The notes: generated by a model not told the origin, from the sequence alone. 64,000 nucleotides of DNA from Candidatus Latescibacterota bacterium (GCA_965208835.1 OZ242358.1:768001-832000), one strand, 5' to 3'; positions 27,607-37,522 are shown, counted from the first letter of the stretch. A program made the numbers and translations.

Positions 27607-28200
27607 CTATACGTGCGGCCCGCGTTCCCTGATGATCCGTAACGCCAGGTCCGGATCGACCTGCACAATCATCTCCGGTTCGATCTTGCAATGGCCCGGA
27701 AGGTCGAACCCCGCCACCGCGCTCCTGGCGTGCCATCCCGACAGCGACGCGTCCATCCCGTCCTCCCCGAACCGCGAACCCGGACCTCCGAACACGTCGT
27801 GAAAGACTGTGCTGTACCCGTCCACGACCTGGGGTGACTTGGAAAAGGATCCGCCGCCGGCGGAATTCACCATCCCTATGCATTTTACGCAATACCACAC
27901 GTCATTCAGCGTGCCGTACGGGTCCAGCGCCCAATGCAGCGTCACGACGTGGGAAATGCCCGCCTCTCTGCCCGCCTCGAAACCGGCTTCCACGTCCGCG
28001 TCGTCGTTGGTGACCGCGCCGACCCCACCGCCTGTGCCCGATGTAAACACCAGACCGGAAGGTGTAAACGTGGCCATGCAGATCCGCCTTCCCTGAGGCG
28101 CCGGACACGCGTCCTCCCTCGATCCCAGATCGATCCCCAGTTCCTCCAGACGGTCGTAAACGTCAAAATCCCGATGCCACGAACTGTGCAGCTCTGCCAT
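27607..28200 (-). CDS. RidA/YjgF-like family protein
   Basis: RLEELGIDL, VFTSG, GMVNS, VVDGYS..F.DVFG, HARSAV; GGAGG RBS before ATG 28200. Confidence 0.7.
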   Translation of the reverse strand: MAELHSSWHRDFDVYDRLEELGIDLGSREDACPAPQGRRICMATFTPSGLVFTSGTGGGVGAVTNDDADVEAGFEAGREAGISHVVTLHWALDPYGTLNDVWYCVKCIGMVNSAGGGSFSKSPQVVDGYSTVFHDVFGGPGSRFGEDGMDASLSGWHARSAVAGFDLPGHCKIEPEMIVQVDPDLALRIIRERGPHV

Positions 28201-28323
28201 TTGCTTTCCTCCGTGTGAGTTGGCGTTTTTCAATTAGGTCCCTTCAAAATAAGGTCTGTATGCGCGATGTCAAGCCCCGATAAAGCCAGGCGTCGCGGAA
28301 TCCGGTCCCTCTTCGCGTTCCCG

Positions 28324-29394
28324 TTACCAGATGGTGGCGGCGATATAGCGCTCGCCGTCGGGTTCGTCGTCATAATAATATGCGGATACGACCCTGCCGT
28401 CCGGCCGCTGCACCGCGCGTGGATACCCGACGTCGTGATCACCGCCGTCATCCCTCAGGATAACGGGCTCGGACCACGTCGCTCCCTCGTCTTCGCTCAA
28501 TACTGCCCGCAGCCCCGAGGGCGCGTCGCGATATCCGTATACCAGGCACAGGCGCCCGTCAGCCAGCAGCATCATCGCGGGCGGATTGCCTCCGGTCCCG
28601 GTTTCGGCGACCGGCCGGTTGACGTAACGCCAGCTCGCCGCGTTGTCGTCCGAACAGTAAAGGTCGATCCAGTTGCCCTCCCTGCTTCCGCCGCCTCCCC
28701 TGCACCGCACGGACACCAGGATGCGCCCTCCGGGAAGCCGGACGCTGGCGGGCATGATTGCGAAGCCCGCGGGCTCCTCTCCGATCCACGACAGAAAGTG
28801 GAATGTCCTCCCGCCGTCCACCGTGCGCGCACAGAACACCCTTCCCTCGCGCCCGTTGGACTTGGCCGACGTGAGGAATAACGTGCAGGTGTCGTTTCCC
28901 TCAGTCAGGTAGTCGGTCCGCGCCGCGATTCCCGGCAGCCCGAACATGGGCAGACCGAACGGTCCGTCCCATGACCGGCACCTGTCGGTCGACGTGTAGA
29001 ACCACGACCGCGCGCCCGCCGCGAGTCCCGTCCGGGCGCACATGAGGGCGGAATCCGGGTGGCTGAAGTCGATCCCGCTCGGGTGTCCCGTCGGCAGCGC
29101 AACCGCCATTTCAATCTCCAGCGAGCGGTTCACATGCTCGTTCGCCGATACCCCCTTGCCTTCCGGAGAGGCGATCGGTACCGGTTCAACCGTCCAGGTC
29201 CCGCCTCCGTCGAGGCTGCGGGCCTGCATCGTCTCGAACGGCCGGTCACGGTCTCGCCGGTGAAATCCCCCGTCCGATTTGTGATACCCCAGCGTGAAGC
29301 CCACCACGATCTCGTCTCCCCACGACCAGATCCCGTAGTTCGCCGGCCACCCGGCGTATCGCCCCTGTTCCCTGTAGATGACAACGTGTTCCAT
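28324..29394 (-). CDS. Sialidase-like BNR/Asp-box repeat protein
   Basis: Asp-boxes SLDGGGTW, STDRCRSW, TVDGGRTF, SDDNAASW, SEDEGATW; DVGYP. Confidence 0.85.
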   Translation of the reverse strand: MEHVVIYREQGRYAGWPANYGIWSWGDEIVVGFTLGYHKSDGGFHRRDRDRPFETMQARSLDGGGTWTVEPVPIASPEGKGVSANEHVNRSLEIEMAVALPTGHPSGIDFSHPDSALMCARTGLAAGARSWFYTSTDRCRSWDGPFGLPMFGLPGIAARTDYLTEGNDTCTLFLTSAKSNGREGRVFCARTVDGGRTFHFLSWIGEEPAGFAIMPASVRLPGGRILVSVRCRGGGGSREGNWIDLYCSDDNAASWRYVNRPVAETGTGGNPPAMMLLADGRLCLVYGYRDAPSGLRAVLSEDEGATWSEPVILRDDGGDHDVGYPRAVQRPDGRVVSAYYYDDEPDGERYIAATIW

Positions 29395-29592
29395 TCCTAA
29401 TCCTCCCAACGTCTGAATTTTGCGCCGCGCCAACCGGTTTCTGACGCTTCCCGTCAAATCATCCGTCTGGCGACCACGGTTATCGCCCATAACGGGACTT
29501 CACAACACCAGCCCGCGCAAATCCGCCTTGTGCGCCGTGTCGGGCGGCATTATTCTATACCGGCCATGGCATCTGGATTTCCACGCCCTTGG

Positions 29593-29738
29593 CAGCCCGT
29601 TGAAAAAGCCCATCCGGGCTACGGCCGGCCCTTGCGGTCGAAATACTGCGTTGCGCTCCCTCGCCGAATCGCAGGATGGGACTCGGTCGCGCGCCTTGTC
29701 TTCGGCCTCGCCTGCAGAGCGACTTAATCAACGGACTG
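29593..29738. mobile_element. MITE family M2 (146 bp)
   Basis: TIRs CAGCCCGTTGA / TCAACGGACTG; right-end fragments at 33049..33102 and 38351..38382. Confidence 0.7.
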
Positions 29739-29776
29739 TAAGCGTCCGGACCCAATAAGAGAGAAAGGACTCTTCG

Positions 29777-30421
29777 ATGGATACACTGCAACTCGCGGCG
29801 CCCTCTAATGCCTTTTTCCTGTTCAACGGCAGGGACCTCAGCAACTGGACCGCCCGGGACGGCGGCGATCCCGGCTGGACCGTGGAAGACGGTGTCCTTC
29901 AGGTCGCGCCCCGGACGGGTGACATCATCCACACCGAGCCGCTGACCGATTTCTATCTTCACCTGGAATTCCGTTGTCCCGACATGCCCGAAGCCACGGG
30001 ACAGGCCAAAGGCAACAGCGGGGTGTTTTTGCAAGCCCTCTACGAGATTCAGGTCCTGGATTCCTCCCACGTCAACATTCCGGGCACCGGCGACTGCGGC
30101 GCTTTTTACCTTGAGTCCGCCCCACTCGTGAACGCCTGCAGACCCGCCATGGAGTGGCAGACGTACGATATCTGCTTCCGGGCGCCCCGCCTTGACGAGT
30201 CCGGCGACGTGTCCGAACACGCCCGCGCCACCGTTCTCCAGAACGGCATCGTGATTCAGAACAACGTGCAGATATCAGGCCCCACAGGATCCGCCTCCGG
30301 AATGACGGTCGGAACCTCCGGGCCGCTGCGCCTGCAGGACCACGGAGACCGCGTCGCCTACCGCAACATCTGGGCCGTTCCGCTTCCGTCAAAGGGATCC
30401 GATACGTACGAACCGCAATAA
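29777..30421 (+). CDS. DUF1080 (3-keto-disaccharide hydrolase-like) protein
   Basis: LFNGRDLSNW, GNSGVF, YEIQVLD, WQTYDI, LQDHG...YRNIW. Confidence 0.9.
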   Translation: MDTLQLAAPSNAFFLFNGRDLSNWTARDGGDPGWTVEDGVLQVAPRTGDIIHTEPLTDFYLHLEFRCPDMPEATGQAKGNSGVFLQALYEIQVLDSSHVNIPGTGDCGAFYLESAPLVNACRPAMEWQTYDICFRAPRLDESGDVSEHARATVLQNGIVIQNNVQISGPTGSASGMTVGTSGPLRLQDHGDRVAYRNIWAVPLPSKGSDTYEPQ

Positions 30422-30547
30422 CATTCGCGACGGGAGAAAAGCAAACCGGCAGATTAGACTTTCGGATACTGTCCCGAGAACGCATCACTATTCTGCTGCC
30501 GATTTATCCCGACCAGATGCGCCGGTGTAGGTGGAGTCTTGCGAAAC

Positions 30548-30650
30548 GTGGTCATTGAGCTTGTCGAAATGCCCGCGTTTCGATACCCCCTTGAACAGGC
30601 CGGGTCTGCTTACTTACCTTCGCCGACCCTTCGACAAGCTCAGGGAGCGG
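30548..30650. repeat. Inverted pair of S23 hairpin units
   Basis: TGAGCTTGTCGAA (30556-68) / TTCGACAAGCTCA (30630-42). Confidence 0.75.
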
Positions 30651-30672
30651 CTCAGATCTGAGAAACGATCCC

Positions 30673-31269
30673 ATGACCGACACGATCGACCTCGCCAGCC
30701 TTGACACAGACGCCGACCTCCTCAGGTTCGCTCTGAACGGAAGCTGCGTCGACGGCCCGTCATTCGAGACCTGGAGGCGGGCGCGATCATTCATCGCATC
30801 CGAGATCCATCGCCCGGGAACCGTGCTGGATATCGGCTGCGCCAACGGTTTCCTCCTGCGGTGCCTCCAGGAATGGTCCGATCACGCGCTCACGCCGTTC
30901 GGTATCGACTCCAGCGCGGGCAGGGCTCGGGATATCGCCAGGTTCTTTCCCTCGCAGGGAGACCATTTCGCCCGTCTTCCCGCGGAGCGGTTGGGCGAAA
31001 TCGACGCTCAGGGTCTTCCCGGAAAGTACGATTTCATCTATTGGGCCGTCTGGGACAATTACGCATTCGATTGTCAGGACCGGATCGATCTGCTTACACA
31101 CGCTTACGATAGCGTGAAAGACGACGGACGGCTGATTCTGGGTTTCTACGACCGCGAGCCCGAGATAATCGAAAACAAAATCGCCCGGATTCAGGACATC
31201 AATCTCGGGCACGCGGTCCGCGTGGCGAATCCCGACGGGCCGCAGGTACTTCTCAGGATATCAAGATAG
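30673..31269 (+). CDS. Class I SAM-dependent methyltransferase
   Basis: VLDIGCANGFL, GID, YDFI, GRLILG. Confidence 0.75.
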   Translation: MTDTIDLASLDTDADLLRFALNGSCVDGPSFETWRRARSFIASEIHRPGTVLDIGCANGFLLRCLQEWSDHALTPFGIDSSAGRARDIARFFPSQGDHFARLPAERLGEIDAQGLPGKYDFIYWAVWDNYAFDCQDRIDLLTHAYDSVKDDGRLILGFYDREPEIIENKIARIQDINLGHAVRVANPDGPQVLLRISR

Positions 31270-31313
31270 CAGAGGCTGGAAGAGAGGAGCAGATCCGACA
31301 GGACGAAATTCGG

Positions 31314-31410
31314 CTCACACAAAGACACAATGACACAAAGACGCAAAGGAAAACCTGGAACAGCAAAAGGCGGGCAACCACAAGGGTTGCCCCTACAAAT
31401 GCAAAACAGG
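31314..31410 (-). repeat. Composite module: 8-mer GACACAAA array + GTAG REP (31372-31396)
   Basis: Reverse-complement homolog of 20573..20672. Confidence 0.7.
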
Positions 31411-31535
31411 CGCAGAAAAGCCGGTGACCGGCCGGTCGCCCCTGCCACGAATCGACATCGCCTGGTCATTTCGCTAACCGCGGGTCGCGGAGGGGTCCTC
31501 TTCCGTCTTACCTCTCCCGTCTACCCTTGTTTCAT

Positions 31536-32000
31536 TCATCTCTTGATGACGTCCTCGAACTCCTGGAACATCTCGATGCTGATCCCGTCCGGATCCAGTG
31601 CATACATGGCGCGGGCAACCACCACGCCGTCGCGGTCCACGTCAGTGGGCGGATTGATGGACCCGAACCCCGCCTCTGTAAGTTGTGCGTACATCGCGTC
31701 CACGTCGTCCACTTCGAACGCCACGTGCGATGCGCCCAGGTACCTGTTTTCCTGGGGTCGCGCCTCAACCTCCGGATGGACGTATTGAACGAGTTCAAGT
31801 ATAAACTCGTTCACGGGATGCCGAAGAATCGCAATATTCAGATGGACCTTGTCGTAACCCAGAATCGTATCGTACGCAGGCAGGTCCCTGCGCTCGGATA
31901 TCCGCACCAGTTCCATCCCGAGCAGGTCCCGGTAGAACGAAACCGAACGATCCAGGTCCGAGACGGTAAATCCATGGTGGTGCCCCATTACAATGCCCAT
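31536..32000 (-). CDS. VOC/glyoxalase family protein
   Basis: HHGFTVSDLDRSVSFYRDLLG, HVAFEVDD, DPDGISIE. Confidence 0.92.
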   Translation of the reverse strand: MGIVMGHHHGFTVSDLDRSVSFYRDLLGMELVRISERRDLPAYDTILGYDKVHLNIAILRHPVNEFILELVQYVHPEVEARPQENRYLGASHVAFEVDDVDAMYAQLTEAGFGSINPPTDVDRDGVVVARAMYALDPDGISIEMFQEFEDVIKR

Positions 32001-32210
32001 GTCTCTTCACTCCCTGAAAGCCGACGGCGGTGAGGATGAAATTGAATCACCTGCCGAAAAGGCGCCATCGATTGCTGTTCGTACGAAAATCGTACCGATA
32101 TTTACCTCTCTATGTCATACGAAGTTATAGAGACCGCTTTAGTCAATATATAGCCGGGAGTGATAAAATGCCGACATTTTTCGCGCCTCTCGGACGTGCA
32201 TTTTCGTAGC

Positions 32211-32286
32211 GTGTTCATTGAGCTTGCCTGCATTGCGTGTGCTGAGCCGGTCGAAGCGAGTCTGTCGAAATGTCGAAATGCCCGCG
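32211..32286 (+). repeat. Three nested 23-nt S23 hairpin units
   Basis: Removing two 23-nt inserts restores a sequence matching 30548-30577 at 29/30 positions. Confidence 0.8.
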
Positions 32287-32349
32287 CTACACTATCCTGT
32301 CGTTGCCGCTCGGCGACCCTTCGACCCCGACGTTCTTCCGTGGATTCAG

Positions 32350-32376
32350 GGAACCCGCGGCCCTTAACCGTCGTAT
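32350..32376 (+). promoter_or_regulatory. Possible ECF-type promoter
   Basis: GGAAC-N17-CGTAT upstream of the secreted thioredoxin gene. Confidence 0.3.
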
Positions 32377-32596
32377 ATAAGGCATCAGTCACGGTGACCC
32401 GTCGACTGTTCGGAATGCAACCCGGCAGACGCCGGGCCGTCCGGCGCGAATATCTGCTGACCCTTTCGTCTCCAATGAGGGGGACCGGAGCAGCGGCCAT
32501 GCGTCCATTCCGAAACCCGTCCAGGCAAGGCGCGCGTCCATCATCGGGCCGCCGCCGGCCTGGTCCTATTTCATTCCGTTTCAAAGGAGTTGTTCC

Positions 32597-33034
32597 ATGC
32601 GCATCCGAAACACGCTTTCTCTCGCAACCCTTTCGTTCTTTCTGATAGCCGGATCCAGCCTTGCGGGCGCCGTGGAGGTGCCGGGCGATGGCGATCCTGC
32701 CCTGTATGTCGTGAAGGTACACGCCGACTGGTGCGGCTCCTGCACGGCGCTGATTCCCGTCCTCGATGAGGTCCGGACCTCTCTTGCGGACAAGCCCGTC
32801 CTCTTTCTCGAGCTCGACGTGACCGACGCGAAGCGCACCTCCCAGTCCCGCCTGCTGGCCGCCGCGCTCGGATTCGAGGAGCCGTTCAAGGCCAACAACA
32901 AGACGGGCCTGGTCCTGCTCATCGATCCGGCGAAGAAGTCGGTCGTGGAAACCCTGACGCGTAAGAATCCCGCGGACGAGATGACTGGCAAGATCAAGGG
33001 GCACATCGCCGCGAGCTGCACGACGACCGAGTGA
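32597..33034 (+). CDS. Secreted thioredoxin-family protein
   Basis: AAGGAG RBS, signal peptide, HADWCGSC. Confidence 0.88.
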   Translation: MRIRNTLSLATLSFFLIAGSSLAGAVEVPGDGDPALYVVKVHADWCGSCTALIPVLDEVRTSLADKPVLFLELDVTDAKRTSQSRLLAAALGFEEPFKANNKTGLVLLIDPAKKSVVETLTRKNPADEMTGKIKGHIAASCTTTE

Positions 33035-33048
33035 CGGCCTGCACCCGG

Positions 33049-33102
33049 GGTCGCGCGCCTTGTCTCAGGCCTCGCCTGCAGAGCAACTTTTCCAACGGAC
33101 TG
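33049..33102. mobile_element. M2 right-end fragment
   Basis: GGTCGCGCGCCTTGTC..GGCCTCGCCTGCAGAGC..CAACGGACTG matches 29686-29738. Confidence 0.7.
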
Positions 33103-33191
33103 TTGAGGTTTCGTTCTGATCCTCACATTCAGACGTCAGACCGATTTACGCACCCTGGAACCGCGCGTCTCCGTCGAAGAGGAACCGTACG

Positions 33192-34259
33192 ATGATCATT
33201 AAGAATATCACGGCAACCAGCGTCAGCATCCCCTATGCCGCGCCCGTCGGGCCGTACGTCGGTCGCGGCGCCGGAGGCGGCACGCTCGGCGGAACCGGGC
33301 TCATCGTCAGGATCGAAAGCGACTCCGGTCTCGTGGGATGGGGCGAGGGCACCGGTGGCTTCGACACCGATCCGAACGGCGTCCTCTCAGGCGCCCACGT
33401 TTCCGACATCGAAAAGGCAATCGGCCTGATGGATAGTGCAGGCATCCCGAGGGGCCCGATGTCCGGGGTCGAAATGGCGCTCTGGGACCTCCTCGGAAAG
33501 CACGCGGGGCTGCCCCTCTGCCGCCTTATGGGGGGCATCGTTCGTACGGAGGTCGACTTCACGGCGTGCATGGGCCTGAAGGAACCCGAACAGTCGGCCG
33601 CCACGGCCCGCGAATACATCGACCGGTGGGGGTTCCGCGTCATCAAGACGAAAGCCGGCAACGACCCCGCGCAGGACCTGGCCATTGCCGAAGCGGCCTG
33701 TAGGGAGATCGGGGACGAAGCCGCATTCCGGCCCGACGCGAACGGCGGATATCCCCCTGGAGAGACGCTGGAGATTATGAAGAAAATGGCGGACCTGGGC
33801 GTCAGGCACTTTGAAGACCCGTGCGACACGGAACACGTGGAAACGCTCGCACGGGTGAGGGCCGAAGTGGGCACTCACATCCTCGTGAACGGCGGCGTGG
33901 CCCTGCCCGGCAGCATCAGGCCCTTTCTCGAGGCAGGATGCGCCGATTCTCTAATGCCCGATACCCCGGCCGCAGGCGCGATCCTTCGCGTCAGGAAAAT
34001 CGCTGACGCGGCGGAGCCGTGGGATGTCCCGTGCCTGATGCACTGTTCGCACGACCTGGGCCTCAAGACCGCCGCGATTACCCATATCGCCGCCGCCACG
34101 CCCAACTTCTCGGGGCCCAACGACACGTGCTACCACGGGTTGGTCGACGACGTTCTCGCCGAACCGTTCAGGTTCGAAAACGGACAGTTGAAGGTTCCCC
34201 TCGGGCCCGGTCTCGGCGTGGAAGTCGACGAATCCAAGGTCGAGAAGTACCGGGTCTGA
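33192..34259 (+). CDS. Mandelate racemase/muconate lactonizing enzyme (enolase superfamily)
   Basis: GWGE, EMALWDLLGK, KTK, DANG, EDP, GPGLGVEVD. Confidence 0.9.
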   Translation: MIIKNITATSVSIPYAAPVGPYVGRGAGGGTLGGTGLIVRIESDSGLVGWGEGTGGFDTDPNGVLSGAHVSDIEKAIGLMDSAGIPRGPMSGVEMALWDLLGKHAGLPLCRLMGGIVRTEVDFTACMGLKEPEQSAATAREYIDRWGFRVIKTKAGNDPAQDLAIAEAACREIGDEAAFRPDANGGYPPGETLEIMKKMADLGVRHFEDPCDTEHVETLARVRAEVGTHILVNGGVALPGSIRPFLEAGCADSLMPDTPAAGAILRVRKIADAAEPWDVPCLMHCSHDLGLKTAAITHIAAATPNFSGPNDTCYHGLVDDVLAEPFRFENGQLKVPLGPGLGVEVDESKVEKYRV

Positions 34260-34349
34260 TCCTCATGCGGTCCGAAATCCGTCTCGCGCCGGGGCAGGAC
34301 ACGGCCGCATATATCACCTTGGATTCCAATCCGAACTGAGGGGTGAGGC

Positions 34350-35189
34350 ATGGACGCCGTCCGCGTCGACGACCGCGACTGGTCCAGGCTCACGCTGGGC
34401 GATCGCATCCGGCAGATCGAACTCGACGGATACGTGGTCCTGCCGGATCTGCTTGCGCCAGGACACGTTGCCGAGCTCAAGGCGGAGACCGCCAGGCTCG
34501 AGACCCGCGCGGTGGACTACAGCGTACACCAGCAGGTCTGTCCGAACCTGCAGTTCACCGGCGGTCCCATCACCGAACTCATCGCACATCCCCCCACCCT
34601 CGTCTTCCTGAACGAACTCTTCGGCGGCGCGACCATCTTCATGTCATGCACGTACGCCCGCTCCGAGCCCGGCCATCCCGGCATCAGTCTGCATACCGAC
34701 GGCCAGCCCTACGGTTCCCGGATCTTCGGCTACGGCGGCAGCGTACCGTTCATGGTGAGGGTACTCTATTACCTGGACGACCTCACGCGGGATGTCTCGC
34801 CGTTCCGCGTGATACCCCGTTCCCATCTGTCCATGCACGCGGACGCCAACCCGTACAAACGCTACGAGGACCATCCCGAACAGGTCATGGTCCCCGTTGA
34901 ATCCGGCGGCGCCGTTCTGATCAACCACAAGGTCTTTCACGGGAACTTCCCGAACACCGGCGCCCACGCACGTGAAATGCTCGCCATCGCGTACCGCCCC
35001 GCCTGGGCGGGGCCCATCGACGAAGTCCCCGCGTGGGACGAGGCCGATCTCTCCGCCCTGCCCGATTCCGTACGCCCCCTGTTCGCGGATCCCAACACCC
35101 GCCACTGGGACTTCCACGGCGGCAACAAGCCGGCCAATATGGCCAGCGAAGCACCGGGACTCAACCCCAGCCGGTGGGACCGCCGATAA
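34350..35189 (+). CDS. PhyH family Fe(II)/2OG dioxygenase
   Basis: LHTD, YYLDD, VIPRSH, FHGNFPN. Confidence 0.85.
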   Translation: MDAVRVDDRDWSRLTLGDRIRQIELDGYVVLPDLLAPGHVAELKAETARLETRAVDYSVHQQVCPNLQFTGGPITELIAHPPTLVFLNELFGGATIFMSCTYARSEPGHPGISLHTDGQPYGSRIFGYGGSVPFMVRVLYYLDDLTRDVSPFRVIPRSHLSMHADANPYKRYEDHPEQVMVPVESGGAVLINHKVFHGNFPNTGAHAREMLAIAYRPAWAGPIDEVPAWDEADLSALPDSVRPLFADPNTRHWDFHGGNKPANMASEAPGLNPSRWDRR

Positions 35190-35230
35190 GGACGACCAGC
35201 GGCCTGACGGAAGCGATCCTCAACCGCACT

Positions 35231-36118
35231 TCACGTCAGCGAGTTCCACTCCGCTCCCAGCGCATCGAACTGCCCGTAGAACGCCTCCAGTACAGGGTCT
35301 GCGAGAGGTCCTTTCGTCGTCAGCGCCAGGTTATTCCGTGCGTGATCCGGATTCGTGGTCCCCACGATAGCCGTGTCGACAGCCTCCTGTGAGAGCGTAA
35401 AACGAAGCGATAACTCGATGGGATCCTTCGGGGCCCCATCCGGGATCTCGAGTTGCTGCGCCCGCTCCCAGTACGCATCGGCGTAACCGTACGGCGACGC
35501 GGACTTACCGATCGCTCCGTTGGCGATCGGCCTTTTGACGATCACGCCCATCCCCGCCTCCTGCGCCTCCGGCAATACGTCGGCGCGTCCTTTCTGGTCC
35601 ACCAGGTTGAACGACGTTTGCAACGTGTCGAATACCCCCATCCGGATGGCCACAAGCGCGTCTTCGCCGTCGCCGCTGTACCCCACGTATCGCGTCTTGC
35701 CCGTTTCCTTCGCCCGCATCACCGCGTCCACCGCCTCGCCCGTCCTGAGTACGTCGGCCGAACACGTGTGAAGCTGGACCAGGTCCACGCAGTCCGTCCT
35801 CAGCCGTTTCAGCGACCGGTCGATGCTCTCATCGATCACCTCACCCGACCAGGGCTCCCCGGTTGCGTCGCCGATTACCTGGCCGCACTTCGTTGCCAGA
35901 ACGTACTCGTTCCGGCGAGATCCGATGTGCCGGCCGATCAGTTCCTCGCTGTTGCGATAGCTGGCCGCCGTGTCAATCAACGTGATCCCGTCGTCCAGCA
36001 CGCGGTTCAGCAGTCTGCCAACCCGGTTCGGGTCCACGTCTTCAAGTCCGATCCTGGCGCCGCCGAACCCAAGGCGGGTCACCTCCATGTCCGTCCTGCC
36101 AAGCGTGCGCGTTTCCAT
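35231..36118 (-). CDS. Aldo/keto reductase
   Basis: LGFGG, IDTAASY, LATKCG, SLKRLRTDCVDLVQLH; start ATG 36118 with GGAGG RBS. Confidence 0.92.
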   Translation of the reverse strand: METRTLGRTDMEVTRLGFGGARIGLEDVDPNRVGRLLNRVLDDGITLIDTAASYRNSEELIGRHIGSRRNEYVLATKCGQVIGDATGEPWSGEVIDESIDRSLKRLRTDCVDLVQLHTCSADVLRTGEAVDAVMRAKETGKTRYVGYSGDGEDALVAIRMGVFDTLQTSFNLVDQKGRADVLPEAQEAGMGVIVKRPIANGAIGKSASPYGYADAYWERAQQLEIPDGAPKDPIELSLRFTLSQEAVDTAIVGTTNPDHARNNLALTTKGPLADPVLEAFYGQFDALGAEWNSLT

Positions 36119-36139
36119 TGTGATACCTCCGATAAAGGC

Positions 36140-36398
36140 GTGAGACGTAAGAGGGTAGAGGACCGCACCCCGCCCCACCACCTGGTGAGAAGGTAGACGG
36201 TAGAGGGTAGAGGACCACACCCCGCGCCACCACCTGGTGAGACGCAAGACGTGAGACGGGAGAGATTTCCCGCCTTGTAAGGATTCTTCTCGTGCCGGAG
36301 GCAGAAAGGAAAAACACACCGGGCAAGGATATCATCTACCGTCTACCCTCTTACCTCTACCCGTCTTTTTTCTCCCGTCTTACGTCTCCCGTCTCCCC
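36140..36398 (+). repeat. R1 copy 5, with tandem duplication of a 41-nt module (52-nt period)
   Basis: AGAGGGTAGAGGACC.CACCCCGC.CCACCACCTGGTGAGA at 36150 and 36202, then R1 core and heptamer tail. Confidence 0.8.
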
Positions 36399-36576
36399 GC
36401 ATTCCGGGTTTCGGGAAGATAAGGTCACGGACGGGATATTGCAAGAGGTTACCCCTTGATCCCGTTTTGGGTTGACAGAAAAACCCGCCTGGCTTAGGTT
36501 TGAATGACGCGATACGGAACGAACCCGCGAGAGAATGGACAGTTATTTTTGGGTAAGGACACCAGGAGAGATACCG

Positions 36577-37443
36577 ATGGAACAGACCCGTGAGCGGGTG
36601 GCCTTCGACAACTACGTCGACGACGGCGGCTACACCGCGGACCTCTACGAATACCACGAAATCGACGAAGGAATCGAAAACCTGGATGCCGCAACCGATG
36701 CTGACGTGGATTTCTTTCATCGGAACGGCTATCTGGCCGTAAGAAAAGCCTTCAGCAGCGCCGAAGTCGACGGCATGCTGAATGGCCTCATGGATCTCAT
36801 CAAGGGGAAGAATCCGGAATTCAAGGGCGTTCAATTCGAGTCAAGCTACAAGGACACCCTGCATGGGCTTTCGGACGACGAACGGTGGGACGCCGTTCGC
36901 AAGCTCCAGTATTTCATGGGTTACGACCACCGCCTGACCGCGGTGGCCGAACACCCGAAAATTCTTGACGTCATGGGGCGGATCATCGGCGAGGAACCGG
37001 CGCTCTATTCCCACCAGGCCATCCTCAAACCGCCGCTGGTCGGACGTGAGAAACCCTGGCACCAGGACCACGCCTATTTCAATCTGCCCATGGGTACGCA
37101 GATTGTCAGCATGTGGATATCCCTGGATCACGCCACGCCCGAAAACGGATGCATGAGGGTGATACCCGGTACGCATCTGCGGGGTCCCGTGGTCCATTTC
37201 AAGCGCCGCGACTGGCAGTTGTGCGATACGCACGTGGTCAGGGACCGCGTCGTGGCGGTCCCGCTCGAACCCGGCGGCTGCCTCATCTGGTCCGGGCTGA
37301 TTCATCACGGCACCCCTGCCAACACCACGCCACAGCGGCGCCGCGCCCTTCAATTCCACTATTTCCCCGCGCGGGTGAAAGAAACCACATCACAGGATCG
37401 CCTGGCCGTATTCGGCAGCGAGGGCAAGGACGTCACCTGCTGA
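36577..37443 (+). CDS. PhyH family Fe(II)/2OG dioxygenase
   Basis: KPWHQD, WISLDHATPENGCMRVIPGTH, HHGTPAN, RRALQFHY. Confidence 0.9.
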   Translation: MEQTRERVAFDNYVDDGGYTADLYEYHEIDEGIENLDAATDADVDFFHRNGYLAVRKAFSSAEVDGMLNGLMDLIKGKNPEFKGVQFESSYKDTLHGLSDDERWDAVRKLQYFMGYDHRLTAVAEHPKILDVMGRIIGEEPALYSHQAILKPPLVGREKPWHQDHAYFNLPMGTQIVSMWISLDHATPENGCMRVIPGTHLRGPVVHFKRRDWQLCDTHVVRDRVVAVPLEPGGCLIWSGLIHHGTPANTTPQRRRALQFHYFPARVKETTSQDRLAVFGSEGKDVTC

Positions 37444-37470
37444 CGCAATCCAAAGTTTTCGCGCCGAATA

Positions 37471-37508
37471 GAAAAAGCCCCGGTGAATTTTCCTCCGGGG
37501 CCTTTTTC
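37471..37508. terminator. Bidirectional terminator-like hairpin
   Basis: GAAAAAGCCCCGG...CCGGGGCCTTTTTC. Confidence 0.65.
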
Positions 37509-37522
37509 GCCTTAGTCGAAAT

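Noticed and set aside
32377-32596. Long GC-rich leader upstream of the thioredoxin gene as a riboswitch
   Set aside because: I could not recognise the conserved core of any known riboswitch class; an Rfam scan would be needed.
36150-36242. Two 41-nt direct repeats resembling a mini-CRISPR
   Set aside because: Only 2 units, an 11-nt spacer made of heptamer repeats, no cas genes; part of the R1 dispersed repeat.
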